DNA of 64,000 nt from positions 62,001 to 126,000 of the forward strand of contig NIVC01001363.1 in the NCBI GenBank assembly GCA_002269645.1, read 5' to 3'. The notes under the pieces were generated by a model. The model was not told where the DNA came from. It searched no databases and saw only the letters and a program-made list of their open reading frames with translations. This document shows, one piece after another, positions 62,883-64,000 of the stretch. Position 1 is the first letter of the stretch. The number at the start of each line of letters is the position of its first letter. The position numbers and the translations under genes are program-made. The DNA is from Macrostomum lignano. Taxonomy: Eukaryota.

Positions 62883-64000
62883 CACCAGCCCGTGCGTCGT
62901 GGCTCACCAAACCGGGACTTTCGAAATCGGGCTTCCGACTAGAAGGGGCTTTGCACTTACCTGCCAACTAGTGTCTTTTTGCTGTCAATCTCGAAGTCAT
63001 AGCCGATGATAAGGGACACTGCTGGGACTCGATCGCATTGGCCATGCAGGTATAGAGGGGACTTGCGCAGGGGATTCTTGCAGTGGCGAGACTATGGGGT
63101 AGCTACATGTACTATTACATTGCTAAATACGAGGAATTGTACTTTTGGCCTTCAACGCGCCAACTAGCCTCTCGTAGCGCTGATGATTGGCTAACTCGAA
63201 CATCGGAGACCGCATGATTCATCACCCGAGCCGCTTGGCTAACGTAGAGTGCACAGAGTACATCTCTAGCGCCGATTTTTGCACTATTGGCAATTTTGCT
63301 CACTGATTTGATAGATTGATCGACTGAGAACCGCCTTGCCATTGGTCCACTGTGACCGGCGCCTACTAGCTTAGCTACTCATCTGAGCCATCGGCGAACA
63401 AAGAAATAAAAGGTCAGCCTTTTAAAAAACCGATAAAAATAACTGTCAGATTTAACCTTCTCCTCAGATCACTTCACACTTCAGATTGAATTGGAGTTTC
63501 AGACTACTAACAGTATTATTGAATGATTTCTGCCTCAATAACAGCACTGTTGAACAAAATGAGCAAAAGTGTGCGCCTAATCCAGCTACTGAAATAGGGG
63601 ACAGATAAGGGATCACCCCTAGGTAGCCTCTCACCCAACCAATCAGAAACTCAACAGCCGGAGACCAAATAATCCACAGTGACCGAATCGGCTTAGTGCT
63701 TCGCAGCTGTAGACTCGGGATGATGCTGATGTCACAATCTTCGCAGATAGCTAGCAGGTGATGATCTTTACTTTGATGTTCGCTGCTGACGACCGGGGGA
63801 ATTCGTCCTTGATGATGACGGGGGGAGTCGCGATCCGGGGATCAAGAGACGACGGTCGAGCTCCGGGAACCAGAAGTGGAACCGGGTGGAGCGCAAGGGT
63901 CCAGAGATTGTCCCGAGAGGGCAACGGTTGGAGTCCAAGCGGGCCAAAAACACCGGTTTAAATAGCCGCCAACTGGACCGCAATTTGTTATAATGGAACG

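Noticed and set aside
63757-63995. In-frame TGA in GDDLYFDVRC*RPGEF..., and the TG|A junction 59856/60410, as selenocysteine
   Set aside because: No selenoprotein homology, no SECIS identified and no gene context.

Overview
Eukaryotic (metazoan) nuclear DNA with spliced genes and about half its length in simple and minisatellite tandem repeats. It looks like a repeat-rich flatworm genome such as Macrostomum, but that is inference only. Four genes can be modelled with homology-level motifs and consistent splice phases: (1) an intronless small heat-shock protein with two alpha-crystallin domains (+, 4115-4837); (2) a 15-exon, 841-aa neprilysin/M13-family type II membrane protein (-, 24430-5623) with an intact ORF but no zinc ligands (HExxH reads TEMVK, ExxxD reads SAAAS), so probably a pseudo-peptidase; (3) a 5-exon, 500-aa UDP-glucose pyrophosphorylase (+, 28630-35150); (4) a 4-exon HR96/NR1J-type nuclear receptor (-, 46446-37979). 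There is also a 2-exon orphan gene (-, 56693-55819). Mobile elements: a decayed RTE-type LINE, a tRNA-derived SINE, a Foldback/Mutator-like element with a 9-bp TSD, and a non-autonomous CMC/EnSpm-like element. Unusual structure: nearly every intron over 100 nt has its own tandem array; inverted satellite arrays bracket a frame-symmetric exon; about 24 forkhead cores lie directly upstream of the sHSP; and a telomeric hexamer tract forms a 3' splice site. Most long ORFs in the supplied track are repeat artefacts. Gene models were built by eye without transcript data, and repeat boundaries are approximate.
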